Shown here one piece after another: positions 36,584 through 48,870 of a stretch of DNA of 64,000 nucleotides. Numbering within the stretch: position 1 is the stretch's first letter; each line of letters begins with the position of its first letter. The DNA is from Octopus vulgaris. Its lineage: Eukaryota. The notes beneath the pieces are model-generated. The model did not search any database, was not told the DNA's origin, and worked only from the letters and a program-made list of their open reading frames with translations. A program made the position numbers and the translations under genes. The stretch spans positions 5,456,001 to 5,520,000 of the forward strand of contig OX597822.1 in the NCBI GenBank assembly GCA_951406725.2. The letters run 5' to 3'.

Positions 36584-39011
36584 TGGTATTGGTAAGTAGG
36601 AGAAGGGTAAAATTGCAGTAATATATTAAATGGGGTTGCATCTATAACAAGAAGTTGCAGCTATCAAGCTAACAGACAATAGTTATTAAGATGCCACTAT
36701 GATGCGGATCATTAGAAAACTGATGTCGGATGACAAGAAGTAAGCAAGAAGAAATCGGAAGCATGCATATCTGTATCATCTTCTTAAGTCCACCATTTTG
36801 TCAATCACAGCAGCTTCCAAGCTTCACCACTAATTCAGTTCTCAACTAAATTGCAAACTGTTAATAGTTTTAAAGAGTATACCTCATAAATAGTTTGAGA
36901 TTTGATTCAGTAGAAAAAAAGTTACATCAAAATATCTGCAACCTCAAGGGGGACAGTAAGGCAGATATTCATCTTCAATTAGCATACATGTTTTTAATTT
37001 TAAATTAAAAGTATACCTTTCTTAGGCTTAAATGATAGAAAAATGCATGAGGAATTCAGAATTGCTAGTAACATTGAACAAAAGTTAGTAAAAAAAAATT
37101 TTGAAGTAAAATGTTATGAAATTTCATGTCAGTAAGTAAGGAAGGGAGTAATGCTTAAGCAATAAGAATAAAGAATATATTTCTAAAATGAATGTTTACT
37201 TTCTAAGGTGGCAAGCTGGAATGTAAGCATGCCGAGCAAAATCCTTAACTGCATTTCATCTGTCTTTATGGATTTTAGTTCAAATTTCGCCAAGGTCAAT
37301 TTCGACATACAGATTATTTAATTAATTTTTTTTAACTAAACACTTTCAAACTTCCAATATCGGTAGAATGTATCACATAGAACAGGGTTTACTCTTAAAG
37401 TTTTTGACAAAATTTTGTATTTTAGAAGTTATTTTGTCAGAAGTTACGGAGTGACAATGGACAAATTCTTTGCTGCAATATTTTAAGTAAAAAGTTTCTT
37501 GTTCTTTACTTTATAAGAAGTAATAGCTTGTCCTCTACTTTTACAGGTGTAATAACCTGTCCTGTACTTTTCCAGGTTTATGATCTTAAGAATATGACTT
37601 TTCATGCTCACATTTTTCCATGTAATATAAAACTGATAATATTATTTGGTATCATACAAAGAGGACAGTTTTGCTACAATAGCCAATAACTATTGAAAAC
37701 ATTATGATTATAGTTCTGTCCACCACATATTTTAGAACATTTAGAGAACTCTTATGTTTACACATATAATTACAATAATTTTAACTTACAACCATTTTCT
37801 AATGTATTTATCAGATTTTGATTTCATAAACAAAACTTTGCTACATTAGAACACTGGGTATCGTCAGCAACTAAGACTTTCCAGAATTGTTTCTATTAAC
37901 TCTTTGCAAAGTATTTTACTGACAGAAACAGTAAAGGAAAGGAAAGCTGCTTATTTTATAAACTGAATATTTTTCAAAATGACAAAGGGAAAATATATAT
38001 ATATATATATGAGTTCCAAGTATAATAAAAATGACAGTTATTTTACAAAACATCGTATTTTAAAATGTGCCTATGCATTGATAAAGTAATCATACAATTA
38101 AATTACTCTAAATGTGTGTGTGTGTGTGTACACATGTGTATGTGTGTGTGTGTGTGTGTTATAAAGCTTTTCAAAAGGAACAAAATGTTTCATTTATATT
38201 TTTGCAGACTTTGCTAAAGTTCACATCTAGTTCTGAATATTGTGAAGACTTACAATAAATTTAATCCTTAACAATGATTTCATTAGTGCTAATATAATTA
38301 GATTAATCGCTATCTCTATCTCATCTAATAACACGAGTAAATCGTGCTACATGGATCAGTATATTCTGTTGTCAAGGAGCTAACCCTTCTAGCAACACTT
38401 GTCTTAATTGATACTTCATAGACCATGTTCTAAAAGTGAAATCCAGTTGACAATCACACTGTTTCATAGATAGGAAAAGTAATTGTATTATTGACACAAC
38501 TAAAATCATTGGCAGATTTATGCAAAGACAGCAGAAAGAAAAATTAAATTTGATGTGTTAGATACATGAGGGAATTTGCTGTGGTTGCTGTTGCTAACAA
38601 GAACTGGTCAATTCTGCTTCAGTGAGCCTGTTGGCAAAGAATTAACACACTGAATGTTTAAGGGTAATACATAGGTAGGGCACAATATACATAATACTCA
38701 GACTCTTTAATTATTCAACTAACTTTCTAGCTACATTTACATTGTATTTCGTGTGCTATAAGACTCACACCACGAACAATTGCCGCCTGTTTTCAAGTTA
38801 GAATATTTATTGAGGAAAATGTTGGTATTGGTAAGTAAGGTAAGGGGAAAATTGCATTAATGTATTAAATGGAGGTGCATCTTTCAAAAGAGATGGTAAT
38901 TATGAAGCAAAGATATAATAGTTATTTAGCTGCCACTGTCACAGTGACTATCACATGAAAACTGATGCCAGATGACAAGAAGCAAGTGAGAATAAATTAG
39001 AAGCATGCATA
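36584..39011 (+). repeat. Diverged direct repeat pair, about 190 bp (36584-36769 and 38823-39011)
   Basis: Shared blocks TGGTATTGGTAAGTA, AAAATTGCA.TAAT.TATTAAATGG, AATAGTTATT.AG.TGCCACT, GAAAACTGATG, GATGACAAGAAG, GAAGCATGCATA. Confidence 0.85.
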
Positions 39012-39039
39012 GCTCTGTGTTGCCGTTGACAATAAGGGC

Positions 39040-39665
39040 AACAACAACTGCAATATCAACAACAATGGCAGTAATGGTAAATATGAAAAGAACAAGAATG
39101 ATGACAAAGAAAATTAACAATAATGATTAGAATGATGACAATGGTAATTGTAAGGTTGATGACAACAACAATGATGAGCATGATGATAACAATGAGAAAG
39201 ATAATGATAATGATGGGGATGATGACAAAAACAGTAATAAGGACGGTAACAGTAATTGATGAAGATGATGACAGTAATAACGATGATGACAAGGATGACA
39301 GTGATGAAGATAATTATAACAATGTCAAGAGAATAATGACAATAACAATTACAACAGTGACAATGCTGATAGCAATAACAACAAAATTATTAAGGAAGGT
39401 AATTAGGATGATGACGACTAACAATTAAGATGACATAAACACTGGTGAGGATATGCACAATAACAATAACGATGATTAGGTCAATAACAATGATAATGAT
39501 GTAAATAATGAAAATGAGAATAAGAATAATAATGATGATAAAAACAGAAAAAGAATGAGATTAAGAAGAACAAAAAGAACAACACTGAAGATAACAGAAG
39601 AAATGGTAATGATAATTGTGAGAATAAAAATAATTATGTATATTATAATGGATGATGAAAATGAA
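39040..39665 (+). repeat. Degenerate trinucleotide low-complexity tract (GAT/AAT/AAC/GAC)
   Basis: Visible 3-nt periodicity with frequent stops and phase slips. Confidence 0.85.
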
Positions 39666-41354
39666 ACTCAACGTTCAGTGATTTTTTTTTTATCCCTCCA
39701 GCAGAATTGCTATTCAAATTTATTTTTCTCTACCTTGTCTGTTTACTAATTTAAAATTTCAGTGGTGCCAGTAAGAGCTAAATTTATGGCTTAATGAAAC
39801 TAATAGAAAATTTATGACTTAATTCAGATAAATAGAACCTAAAAGCTGAAGGTAAATATCATTTGAATAACTGACAAACTGCCAAGATATACTTATACAG
39901 TAATAGCTAGTGGAATTGGAAAGAAAGTTTCATTGAATCAGTACTGAAGTCAGAGAACAGTTCTATTGAGATGTTCATTAAAGTGTATTAGTGATTAGAT
40001 CTTTACAAACTCCACATCCATTTCACAAATTCTTTACATAGCATTCAAAATGAAGACATCTTTACAATTTAAATAAACTAAATCACATTTTTGATGTTAG
40101 TGTACTGAATTACAACTAATTATCTCTTACAGTGGACTTGATGGAGTTTTATAATCACTTCTATCATGGTGCACTTGGTGTAATATTAGTTGTTTGGTGA
40201 GCTTCCTAGCAATAACCAACCTAAACAGTTCATCTGGGTTTTACAGCTAAAATAGATGCAATTTTTTTTTTCTTTTTTCAAAAGAAACATTTAGGCAAAA
40301 CAGCTGCAGGATTAAGGAGTTAGAACAATGATCTCATTGTCTTGACCTCAGATTTCACTACAGCATCTACTACAATACTAAGACCTTAGGCAAGACATAC
40401 AACTCTGCTTTCTTTAGAATGCTTAGCTGAGAATAGATTTCATCTCCACTTCATGATCAAAATTGTTAAATTAGAAAGTATAGTCAACTACAATAATTGT
40501 TTCAATGCTAAGCAAAACTTTTTAAACATGAAAAACAGTCTGCCCATAGAGAACAATGAAAATCAATGATAGTTATTCAGCTGCAAAAATAAATAACTAC
40601 AACCACGCAGGGTTAAGTTTTTCTTTTCTTTCCCAGTATCTGGTCTACACAGTACTTATCTCACAATCTTTATCTTTTACTTGTTTCAATCATTACAAGG
40701 TGGCCATGCTGGAGTACTGTATAGAAGAATTTTAGTTGAATGAATCAAACCCAGTACATATTTCTATTTTTAAGCCCGGTACTTATTCTATTGGTTTCTA
40801 TTACTGAACCACTCTCTTTCTCTTTATACGAATATTTATATATATATATATATGAATATATATATGTATATATATATATGTATATATACATGCACACACA
40901 CACATAGGCACAGGTGTGACTGTGTGGTAAGAAGCTTGCTTCCCAACTACATGGTTTCAGGTTCAGTCCCACAGTATGGCTCCTTGGACAACCAAAACCT
41001 TCTGAATGGATCTTGTAGATAGAAACTGAAAGAAGCCCATTGTATATATGTATATATATTAGTGTGTCTGTGTTTGTCCCCACCACCACCACCATCACTT
41101 AACAACTGAAGTTGGTGCATTTTTGTCCCCATAACTTCACAGTTCGGCAAAAGAGACCAATAGAATAAGTACTAGGCTTACAAAGAATAAGTCCTGAGGT
41201 TGATATTAATATATATACCGAACATCAGTTTAATAATAAGTCATTTTACTAAATTCTTTATTATTTTAGAAACTGAAATGAAATTATTATATTTCAATAG
41301 AAATAATTTTTAAAAAAAGGTTGAAGAATGTCACCTAAGCCAATCCTCATTTAA

Positions 41355-41575
41355 CCCTTTAGCATTTAAACCGGCCATATCCGGCCAAAAGTATTCTGCC
41401 TGTTTTATGCTCAAAATGGCCAGATCTGGTCTCTCACACCAACCCTACAATACCGCTTTAAAAATTAACAGCTACCTCATCAAAATCTCAAAGCTACAAG
41501 ATAATTCCTGATTAGTTCAAGGCAATGTGGATGAAAAAGCATTAATTTTGGCAGAATACTGTGAACACTAAAGGG
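41355..41575. mobile_element. piggyBac-like MITE family 1 copy
   Basis: TTAA|CCCTTTAGCATTTAAACCGGCCATATCCGGCC...CTAAAGGG|TTAT; aligns end to end with 3389-3608. Confidence 0.85.
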
Positions 41576-42087
41576 TTATTGGTATGTCCATCAATTACAG
41601 AAGCAGGGATACATTGGCAATGAAATCTAATTTTACACACTTGGTGATTTTACTTATCCTGGAGAAGTTGATAACGATGTTCTTCTTGATAAGATTTTTT
41701 TAAATTAAATGAATACTAGATTTTTACATTATTACTGTGAATGCAGGTATTGAAAATTTTGAACGTTGTGCAGGATCAGGCCAGTTTGAACACAAAACAG
41801 GTAAGATATTTAGGCTTACCTGGATTAGAGAAAAATTACAAAATTTCAATGGATTTATTTTACAGATAACAGAGACACAGATCATCGTTTGGTTAAGAAA
41901 CTTGCTTCCCAAACATGTGATTTCAGGTTCAGTCATACTGCATGGCACCCTGGGGATATGCTGTCTATTATAACCCTGAACCAATGAAAGCCTTGTGAGT
42001 GAGTGGATTTAGTAAACAGGAACTGAAAGAAACCCAGTGTGCATATAAAAATATGCATGTACACAAGCATAAGTGTAGAACAGGTGT

Positions 42088-42470
42088 GGAGGCGCAATGG
42101 CCCAGTGGTTAGGGCTGCGGACTCGCGATCATAGGATCGCAGTTTCGATTCCCAAACCGGGCATTGTGAGTGTTTATTGAGTGATAACACCTAAAAGCTC
42201 CACGAGGCTCTGTCAGGGGATGGTGGTGGTCCCTGCTGTACTCTTTCACCACAACTTTCTCTCACTCTTACTTCCTGTTTCTGTTGTACCTATTTCAAGG
42301 GGCCGGCCTTGTCACTCTGTGTCATGCTGAATATCCCCGAGAACTACATTAAGGGTGCACGTGTCTGTGGAGTGCTCAGCCACTTACACATTAATTTCAC
42401 GAGCAGGCTGTTCCGTTGATTCGGATCAACCGGAACCCTCATCGTCGTAACCGACGGAGTGATTCCATCC
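42088..42470 (+). mobile_element. SINE-C: tRNA-derived SINE, young, 11-bp TSD
   Basis: A box TGGCCCAGTGG, B box GTTTCGATTCC, long non-tRNA body; TSD AGAACAGGTGT at 42077-42087 and 42471-42481. Confidence 0.9.
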
Positions 42471-45400
42471 AGAACAGGTGTATGTTCCCTTTTCTTTTCA
42501 GCACCCTTCCCATTTTCAGCTTGTAAACTGTCTTACCCAAGAGCAAAATGATACCAGCAAGGAAATAATTTCGTGATTGGTAAGATCTTGTTCCATCCTC
42601 TATTTTCTGACAGTTGTAACTGATTTGAAAAACTTTTAAATCTGATAATGGCCATATACTTTTAATTTTAGTTGATTTTTTTGTTTTTGTTTTTTTTTTG
42701 GTTTTTTTTTTGTGTTTTTTTTCTGTCTTTGTTCTTAGTGTAAATTCAAAAGACATGCTAAAATTTATATCCAAGAAAGAAATAAAATTTTGGCAAACTC
42801 ATTTGTTTTCTCTTGTCTTAAAAGACCATCCATCAATGTCAAATTTCAGCAATCAGTTGGATAATACTAGCCAACTGTCCCTCATCACACTGACAATAAC
42901 AGGATTTTATTTCTAACAAACATTTCTTTTGTGCTGAGAATTTTCTTCAAGTCAATAAAATTTGTCAGAATATTCCATGCCTTATGGTAAAAAAAAGTAT
43001 AAAACTGAAGAGAAATAAGGAGAATTGCAAATACACCAAGTTTCATGAGACAAAGCAATATTTCTTTATGACATCTCAGTCATCAACTAAATCTTGGAGA
43101 TTTGTGTAAAATCAGCTTTCACCAGTAATATATCACTGCTTCTGTAATTGATGACATAACATCAAATGAGGATTGTTTCCAGCAAAACCAAAGGCGGAGG
43201 GAATTAAGCTACATGAGATATGAGTCAAAGCAAATCTAATTGCTACCTTCCACAATAACTTTTCTATTATGTACACATTTATGCTAGATGTATGAGGTCA
43301 CAGCGTGCGCCACTCAACATTAGAACAACTTTATTTCCTTTTATTTTCCTAGTATTTTTCATTCATGCATAGCATCAAACTGAAATTACAAACATGGAAT
43401 ATGACAAAAATCATAATTAACAAGAAAAAATAAAAGTTTTTCACTAGTATGTTGGTCATGTAGTATGTGAACTGTTCTTCTTATGCAATCATTTAATACA
43501 TGCTGTCAGCTCAGTGTATCAATCAATCTATGGTTCAATCTCTACCTTTCAATTTCTCTGTCTTTCACTCAAAATAGCAATGTCTGGACCATTTCCCCCT
43601 TTCTCTCTCTCAAGATGTTCAATTTTAACCATCCCCATCTTTAGCCTGCATTTCTCTCACATCATATGCCCCTTAGCCTGTTTATGCTTCTGAAACCATA
43701 CCAACAAACACGTACATGAACACGCACATGTGTGCATATCATCATCATCATCATTTAATATCCATCTTCCATGCTAGAATGGGTTGAATGCTTTGACAAA
43801 AGCCAGCCACTTAGAAGACTACACCAGGCTACTGTGTCTGTTTTGGCATGGCTTTTATGGCTGGATGCCCTTCCAAATACCTGAGTGCTTTTTATGCGGC
43901 ACCAACACAGTCAAGGTCAGTTTTGTCATGGTTTTTACAGTTGAATGTCCTTCCAAATGCCAACCATTTCACAGTGTGGACTGGAAGCTTTTTACATGGC
44001 ATCAGCACCGACAAGGTCACCAAGTGACTTCCAAGACAAGGAATTTTGAGAAAGAAGAGACATTGATGGAGGTGATCTTGTGTCAGATGATGAAAGGTTA
44101 GAGTGTGATACACACACACACACACACATACATATATACATACTCACACATATACACTTATATACCTACTACACAAATGCAAAGATTTGAAGTAAGACTA
44201 GTTGAACCCTGAGGCCATTGACCAATACATCAAAGCTCAACTTATACAATTAACATTGTATTTTGTCCTCATTCCTAGAAAACGTTCCCTCCAACCATCT
44301 ACAGCATCTGCGAAATTGAAAACAGATAATAAAGGAATCGGCTTTTAGAGAAAATGCTTTACTTTTATAAATTAAAATTTTGTCATTCCAGCTTTTGAAT
44401 AGATTCACGCATTTCTGCTCATATGAACCAATGGAATGGTGGGAACTAAATGAAAATACATGACTGCTCCATAAAAGCCAATGGGAAAATAATTTTTCCT
44501 GATGAATCAGGTGAAGCAATTACATAAACATCTCTACAGCTAAGTGTCAAAGTTTGTTGTGCCCTTTATTCAGAGAACATTTATCAAATACTTTTGGTAA
44601 ACTATTATTGAATGATTTGTATAGAGAAGGAAATTGCATTAACCATTCATAAAAATATCTGAACTGGATGTATTCACACCAAAATTTACAGAAGACAGCA
44701 AACCTATGCTACCAAGGAATTAATAATGAATATCAAAATAAACAAAAAAAAAATTCAATTTTTTATTCCAAAAAATGTTTGAATAGCAAATGCGAATTTC
44801 AAGCACTAGACAGAAGATTCATTGTGTTCATATTTGGTTTGGTTACTATGAGCTAAAAATAGCCAGTTCTAACAATGATCTTTCTTAAAATGACTTTTGC
44901 AATGCTTAAATAATTTAAAGATTTATTTCGAAGCAACAGAGTTTAATCAAGCATCTCAACATCATCACCAACACCTTTTATTGTCCATCTTCCATGCTGG
45001 CATGGGTTGGGCAGTTTGACAGTATCTGACTGAGCATCATGCTCCAATGTCTACTCTGGCATGGGTTTTCAAAGCAGGATGCTCTTCCTAATATTAACCA
45101 TTTACTGAGTATATACTGAGTGCTTTTTCTTCTTCCACTAGCACAAGACTAAGAACCCCATTGACTGGGTGGATCTGCAGAGGAGAAAGGCGGATTTATG
45201 CTAGGAGATGAGATGAGAAAGACAGGACCAGAACAGAAAAGACTCTTTTTGCCATAGAGGAGTTGCATTGCTATTCACATCATGGAAGAGCAGTTGGGAA
45301 TAACCAGGGTGAAACTGGAGGAATAGAATAGTGGTAGTGAAATGTCAGGGTGGACCCTGAAGTTACAAGAAGGGAAGTCGGAGTGGTGACAGATAAACAG

Positions 45401-46527
45401 GGAGTGAATGTAGATTGAGGATGCAAGAGTGTATGGGTTAGAGTGTAATGGTTAGAGATGGGGTATGAGTAGAAGATGAATATAACAATGAACAAAAGTT
45501 GAAGGGTGGATGAAAAAGACTGTTCAACAAGATAAATCTCTGGATTTTTGCACACAGTCTATTGAGCAGCTTTCTTTAAAGTACTTACTATTGTCCAAGT
45601 ACTAACTATTAATACATTGGCTTATCTCTTTAGCATTCAGATTACTCTGTCAAAAGTAATGATTATTTATTCCCATGTTTTTAATTGATCATGTACTACC
45701 TCATAGCTTCAAGATATCAATGATGTGATTGTTTGTTTTTAGAATGGCATTGTAGGGTAGGTGTGAGAGGCTGGATCTAGCAATTTTGAACATATAACAG
45801 CTAGACGATTTGGGCCTTGATATGGCCAGTTTAAATGCTAAATGTTCAAGTCAGTTCATATTAAGTGTAAATTGTATACTTACGGGAATAAAGGAAATTG
45901 ATTTTTGATGCCCATGCACTGTTGTTCACTATACCAATTTTCATTTGTAGCTCCAGATTTATTTTACTAACATCACTTTTGAGTATTAAATACTCCAATG
46001 CTTTAGTATTAGAAGTGTTAATAGAATGTTGAGCAAGGGATTAAGAAGTAAACATTTTAATCACACATTCCTGCACAGCCACACCAGTACATTTATGGTA
46101 TTTATACACAACAATGAAATTCTACAGAAAATAACACTAATATTCTGAAAATAATTAAGAGCTTTGTTACAGTACTTTTGGATATTTCTGGTACTTATAC
46201 ATAGAGAAATAATTTTAATGTATAATTCCTTGGAAAATAAGTATATTTGTATGTATATATTGAGCTGTGAAGTTAAAGTGGTAGTACAGAGAAAGCAAGT
46301 CATAAGTTCAAGACTTAATCATAGGGTATGAGATGAGGTGGGGTGGATCTAGTCTGCTTGAGAAAAACAAAATTGGACTCTACCGTCAACTGTCTAGCAG
46401 TGTACTTAAAAGTGGTGAGAGCACTCAGCTTTGAAAATACATGCTTCAACTTTTTAAAACTATTAAAGCATTTGTATGTATTGAAAATTCTCATTATCAT
46501 TGTTTTATGCTTACATTGGTCAGATAA

Positions 46528-46698
46528 GGCGCAGGAGTGGCTGTGTGGTAAGTAGCTTGCTAACCAACCACATGGTTCCGGGTTCAGTCCCACTGCGTGG
46601 CATCTTGGGCAAGTGTCTTCTGCTATAGCCCCGGGCCGACCAATGCCTTGTGAGTGGATTTGGTAGACAGAAACTGAAAGAAGCCTGTCGTATATATG

Positions 46699-46729
<31 letters not shown>

Positions 46730-46945
46730 TTGTGTGTCTGTGCTTGTTCCCCTAGCATTGCTTGACAACCGATGCTGGTGTGTTTACGTCCCCGTCACTT
46801 AGCGGTTCAGCAAAAAGAGACCGATAGAATAAGTACTGGGCTTACAAAAAGAATAAGTCCCGGGGTCGAGTTGCTCGACTAAAGGCGGTGCTCCAGCATG
46901 GCCGCAGTCAAATGACTGAAACAAGTAAAAGAGTAAAAAAGTATA
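46528..46945 (+). mobile_element. SINE-A young copy
   Basis: Full head to tail, CpGs largely intact. Confidence 0.92.
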
Positions 46946-47385
46946 AAAGTACATCAGAGGCAGAATTTTCTACAGTAGGATGCCCTTCCTGCTTCCAGCT
47001 CCCACTTGTTTCTCAGTAAGGTAATAATCTTTCAGTCTATCAAACAAGGTGGATATGCTTTCGAGGTGAACTACAAGCAAACAACATTGTCAGTATAACC
47101 AGAGTTTATAACCAGCATGTGAACACATGAAAATGAGGGAAACACGAACTCACTCACACAAACGTACTCTCTCTCTCTCTCTCTCTTTCTCACACACACA
47201 CCAGGTTTTTTTCAGTTTCCATTTGCCAAAATTACTCACAAGCTTTTGGCTGACATAGGGTTATAGTAGGAGCCACTTGCCCTAAGTGCTAGATAGTGGG
47301 ACAACTCAACACCATATGACCGAGAAGTAAACCTCTTCACCACACAATCATGTTAATAAGAAAAATTAAATGCTGCTTGAATATC

Positions 47386-47628
47386 TATTTCTATTTCTTT
47401 ACTACCCACAAGCGGCTAAACATAGAGGGGGACAAACAAGGACAGACACATGGATTAAGTCAATTACATCGACCCCAGTGCGTAACTGGTACTTAATTTA
47501 TTGACCCCGAAAGGATGAAAGGCAAAGTCTACCTCGGCGGAATTTGAACTCGGAACGTAATGACAGACGAAATACAGTTACGCATTTCACCCGGCTTGCT
47601 AACGTTTCTGCCAGCTCGCCGAATATAT
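47386..47628 (-). mobile_element. SINE-B: tRNA-derived SINE with Nin/Deu-like domain, young, 16-bp TSD
   Basis: Minus strand GGCGAGCTGGCAGAAACGTTAGC...GAGTTCAAATTCCGCCGAGG...CCTTTCATCCTTTCGGGGTCAATAAATTAAGTACCAG; TSD ATGCTGCTTGAATATC at 47370-47385 and 47629-47644. Confidence 0.9.
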
Positions 47629-48499
47629 ATGCTGCTTGAATATCATATCAAAGATGATTAAGTTGAAGGCACCTACAATATATTTAGTGTACTTAATGTA
47701 CTTAGTAAGAATGAAACCATTTCAAAGCATCAGTGAAGAAACAACAGAATGAATTCTGAAATAATAGAGATATATTGGATCATTAAGTGCCTCGTTTATG
47801 GATAGTTTCTTTATTCCCACCTATATTTTGCTTTGGATGTATTTGTATGCACCTATATGTATATGTGCATACACAGAAGTACATGTGTGAACTGGTGAGA
47901 TTAATCATGTGTGTACCTGTATGCCTGCATAGAAATATGATACCTGAAGATTATCAGAGAAATAAACTGGTAAAATTAATATGAATACAAGCACAAAATA
48001 TGAAGTTAATTATCTCATCAATCTTCATTACTGTTGTAAATAACTTATTTGAGAATTTGAGAAACATAAGACTATAATGAGAGAATTCTATTTAGAATTT
48101 TTCAAAAGGAAAATAAATTTCAAATTTTTCTAAATGATTAAAAAAAATAGTAAAAATAGAGATTGAAATCTAAGAAGAAATAAAGATGAGATAAAAGAGT
48201 TGGTGTGGGAGATCAAAGGTCAGATTTTATAAAACTGTTTAAAGTTTCTCAACATTAAAAGTTGTTAAAGTAGGTGATGGCTAATTTATAATAAGGCGAA
48301 TGATTTTTTGTTTTGTTTTTTAATGTTTTATTTGTGTGAATTATAAAGAAGAGACCATTAAATAATAAACAGCCAGAAATAAATTATAAACAATGGTTTC
48401 TTAATTAAATCTGTAGCATATTTCGGTTTCTCATTTTAATGGCCAGCCTGAAGGAGAGGTTGTGCTCACAGTCTTTGCACTGTCTTTACAAGCCTTCAA

Positions 48500-48870
48500 G
48501 ATCAACGAAATTTGTGGGGTTGATGCTGTTCTTGAAAGAGTGTAAGTTGATAGCTGCAGAGAACACAAGAATAAGGAGGGAATTCCAGATGTTCTAGGAA
48601 GGCAGGAAGGATTTTGATTTGTGGGGTTAGGACAGGACCAACAGATTGGGCACAATATGAATGAGAGGAGGAGGATGGATAAATGAGTTGACTGGGCTTA
48701 AGAAGAGGTGGAAGAAAAGAACAGACACCACTACAGAAGCAGTAGAAGAGGAAGAGAGAGAGGAGACAGCATATCTGTGGGCCAGAAGCTGGAATGCTTT
48801 TAGAGTTAAGAGGTAAATAAATGGTTAATTCATGCATTCCAAGGACATCAGTGAGAGTATTATCAGAAAT
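48500..48870 (-). mobile_element. CR1/Zenon-like LINE 3' fragment
   Basis: Minus strand across frameshifts: QLLAHRYAVSS-LSLFLFYCFCSGVCS-LPPLL...LPRTS-WNSL..VF..AINLHSFKNSIN, typical of CR1-group ORF2 C-termini. Confidence 0.7.

Noticed and set aside
39056-39749. ORFs rich in M/T/I/D or hydrophobic residues
   Set aside because: Products of a degenerate trinucleotide tract.
42088-42160. tRNA gene
   Set aside because: The tRNA-like head runs into a long SINE body flanked by a TSD and has no proper acceptor stem; the same applies to 12330-12404.
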